Assembly: GCA_027623195.1 (NCBI GenBank)
Contig: JAQBUT010000004.1
Location: 81,609 to 145,608 of the forward strand
DNA from: Chloroflexota bacterium
Lineage (GTDB): Bacteria > Chloroflexota > Dehalococcoidia > Lucifugimonadales > JADFKI01
Direction of reading: 5' to 3'
DNA: 64,000 bases
A program made the translations under genes and the position numbers. Position 1 is the first letter of the stretch. The number at the start of each line of letters is the position of its first letter. The notes beneath the pieces are model-generated. The model had not been told where the DNA came from. It did no database searches and saw only the letters and a list, made by a program, of their open reading frames with translations. Of the stretch, positions 62,549 through 64,000 are shown piece by piece.

Positions 62549-64000
62549 ACTCCAAACTTGGAGTCGGTCTGTTTCATCCGGAGAGTGCAGCGTAAGTGCT
62601 GCGCTCTCCACCCTGGCCATAGCCTTTTCGAGCAACGTGCTAAAGGCAGCGGCTGGCCGGATGGCCCCTATAAGCCTGCTGTCTATATCTACGTACACAC
62701 GCTCAATAAGCGGGCTGATTAGCTTACGCCTCTCTTCAGGCGTCGCCTCGTTCCATAGGTCCTTTACGCTTGCGAACAGATGTGCTGCTTCTTCCATTGT
62801 AGGCAATTCGACATTTTCGGTCAATCGTAGGCCGGCATCAATCTCGGTGAGTTTCGCTTTATATTCAGCATCGCTAATGCCCCCAGCCATATAGGCCCGG
62901 GACACCCTCCGTTTTCGCTCCTGCAACTCCTTAGGGTCAGGCCCTTTATGGTCGGCCACAGCTAGCTGTGCCATCTCTTCTCGCCACTCCGGACGGAGTT
63001 CTATCGAAGTCAGAATGTCTTGAATCTGTTGATCGACCTTCGGCGCCATCATGGAGCGCCCGTTAGTGACGCACTCGCGGGAGTGGCGTTCCCGGTACAT
63101 CGCCCCGCCATAGCGGTGCCGGTCGGACTGGATTCCCTTTCCGCAGTTGCCGCAGGAGATCATCCCTTGGAGCAGACCCTTGGGACCCTGGACCGTGCGT
63201 ACAATGGTCCGACGTTTCCTGCGGCTCTGGACTTGTTCGTATAGCTCTTCGGAGATGATGGCCTCATGTTGTCCCAGGTACTCATCTTCATTGTATATAA
63301 CCTTACCTAGGTAGAACCGACAGTTCAGCATGTCCTTCACCGCGTGGCTGGTAAAGATTCCACCCTGGCGGGTCTTTAGGCCCTGGGCATTGAGCCAGTT
63401 GGCCAGCGAACCGGTAGACTCCCCGCCGGCTCGGCGACGGAAGACCTCAAGTAACGCTTTTGCTTCTATTTCCTCGGCCTGAGGAACTCCCCCCGGTTCC
63501 ACAATCCGGTAACCAAAGGGAATCGGCCCTATAGGGAGCCCGATGGTGGCTCGATACCGCTGGGCCTTGGAAACGTGGACGGCGAGTTGATCGGAAAAGA
63601 ACTCGGCCACGCCGCCTATCATTGTGAGCATCAGCTTGCCGCTCGGGATAGTGAAATCGAAATCTTCCATGACGCTTGCGAAGCCTACTTGGGCGTCACC
63701 CAGCGACTGTAGGGCTTGGCGCTGTACACCGACGTTCCTAGACCACCTGTCAATGGTGTGGACAACCACTATGTCGAACAGCCCTGCCTTGGCATCCGTC
63801 AGCAGTGCCATGAGCTTGGGACGTCGGTCTATTCGTTCGGTGTGAGCACTTTTCCCCTCTTCGACATAGACACCTACGAGATCATACCCACGCCGCTTAC
63901 ACCAGCGCTCGATGTCAGCCTTCTGGGCATCGATGGAGTACTTCTCCACCTGGGAGGGGTCGGACACCCTTATGTAAGCGACAACTCGGTTAGCTGAGGC
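62468..64000 (-). CDS. large serine recombinase (resolvase/invertase N-terminal domain + recombinase domain + zinc ribbon); 5' end outside window
   Basis: The frame is open to the window edge (..ASANRVVAYIRVSDPSQ..), with the catalytic Ser in RVS. DRWSRN and CGNCGKG motifs are present. The last 27 codons are antisense to the tmRNA 3' end. Confidence 0.8.
   Translation of the reverse strand, partial: ASANRVVAYIRVSDPSQVEKYSIDAQKADIERWCKRRGYDLVGVYVEEGKSAHTERIDRRPKLMALLTDAKAGLFDIVVVHTIDRWSRNVGVQRQALQSLGDAQVGFASVMEDFDFTIPSGKLMLTMIGGVAEFFSDQLAVHVSKAQRYRATIGLPIGPIPFGYRIVEPGGVPQAEEIEAKALLEVFRRRAGGESTGSLANWLNAQGLKTRQGGIFTSHAVKDMLNCRFYLGKVIYNEDEYLGQHEAIISEELYEQVQSRRKRRTIVRTVQGPKGLLQGMISCGNCGKGIQSDRHRYGGAMYRERHSRECVTNGRSMMAPKVDQQIQDILTSIELRPEWREEMAQLAVADHKGPDPKELQERKRRVSRAYMAGGISDAEYKAKLTEIDAGLRLTENVELPTMEEAAHLFASVKDLWNEATPEERRKLISPLIERVYVDIDSRLIGAIRPAAAFSTLLEKAMARVESAALTLHSPDETDRLQVWSWWRRGRVELPVQKTTTRIYYRLSRNF
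62549..64000. mobile_element. left edge of an integrated element (island or prophage) inserted at the 3' end of ssrA; continues beyond the window
   Basis: A serine recombinase gene abuts and overlaps the tmRNA 3' end, and the dyad ACTCCAA-AC-TTGGAGT lies immediately after the CCA. The other boundary is not visible. Confidence 0.5.

Noticed and set aside
1-64000. A search by eye for CRISPR arrays, tRNA genes, rRNA genes, transposase or IS termini, and toxin-antitoxin or known defence gene signatures.
   Set aside because: I saw no direct-repeat/spacer array and no tRNA T-arm consensus outside the tmRNA. I also recognised no rRNA-like segments and no transposase or defence-protein motifs. A computational scan (tRNAscan, Rfam, CRISPR finders, defence-system HMMs) is needed to make this negative firm.

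Overview
This 64 kb window is about 55-58% GC and gene-dense, with roughly 60 protein genes, one tmRNA, and no rRNA, tRNA or CRISPR array that I could see. The content looks like a marine Chloroflexota (SAR202-type) heterotroph, but that taxonomic call is inference only. It rests on many paralogous catabolic enzymes: 2 enolase-superfamily, 2 LLM flavin monooxygenase-like, 2 SDR, 2 VOC, 2 HAD and 2 NHL proteins, plus a family III CoA-transferase, a ThDP enzyme, FAH and a PTE-like lactonase.

Landmarks, left to right:
- 1574-9807 (-): an alternative-complex-III-like respiratory operon.
- 10-30 kb: a mixed catabolic region.
- 33.3-37.7 kb: an S58 peptidase/DUF2520/panB/panC/surE operon preceded by a terminator-containing leader.
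- 40.5-43.8 kb: two divergent secreted proteases.
- 50.5-53.5 kb: rplS and priA.
- 53.6-57.9 kb: a Fur-family regulator followed by DUF1800, DUF1501 and NHL genes.
- 61.6-64.0 kb: HU, ssrA (tmRNA) and a large serine recombinase whose ORF runs antisense into the tmRNA 3' end. This marks the edge of an integrated element that continues off-window.

Most notable observations:
1. An in-frame UGA sits exactly at the second Cys of the CxxC motif of an AhpD/CMD-family protein and is followed by a SECIS-like hairpin, so this is a probable selenoprotein.
2. The ssrA/serine-recombinase junction carries a perfect dyad immediately after the CCA end.
3. A B12-domain radical-SAM homolog has no CxxxCxxC cluster motif.
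4. Three genes are interrupted by single-nucleotide frameshifts outside homopolymers.
5. Several orphan promoter/hairpin/terminator units may be leaders or small RNAs.

I could not point to one clearly novel multi-gene system. All product calls come from motif recognition by eye, with no database search.
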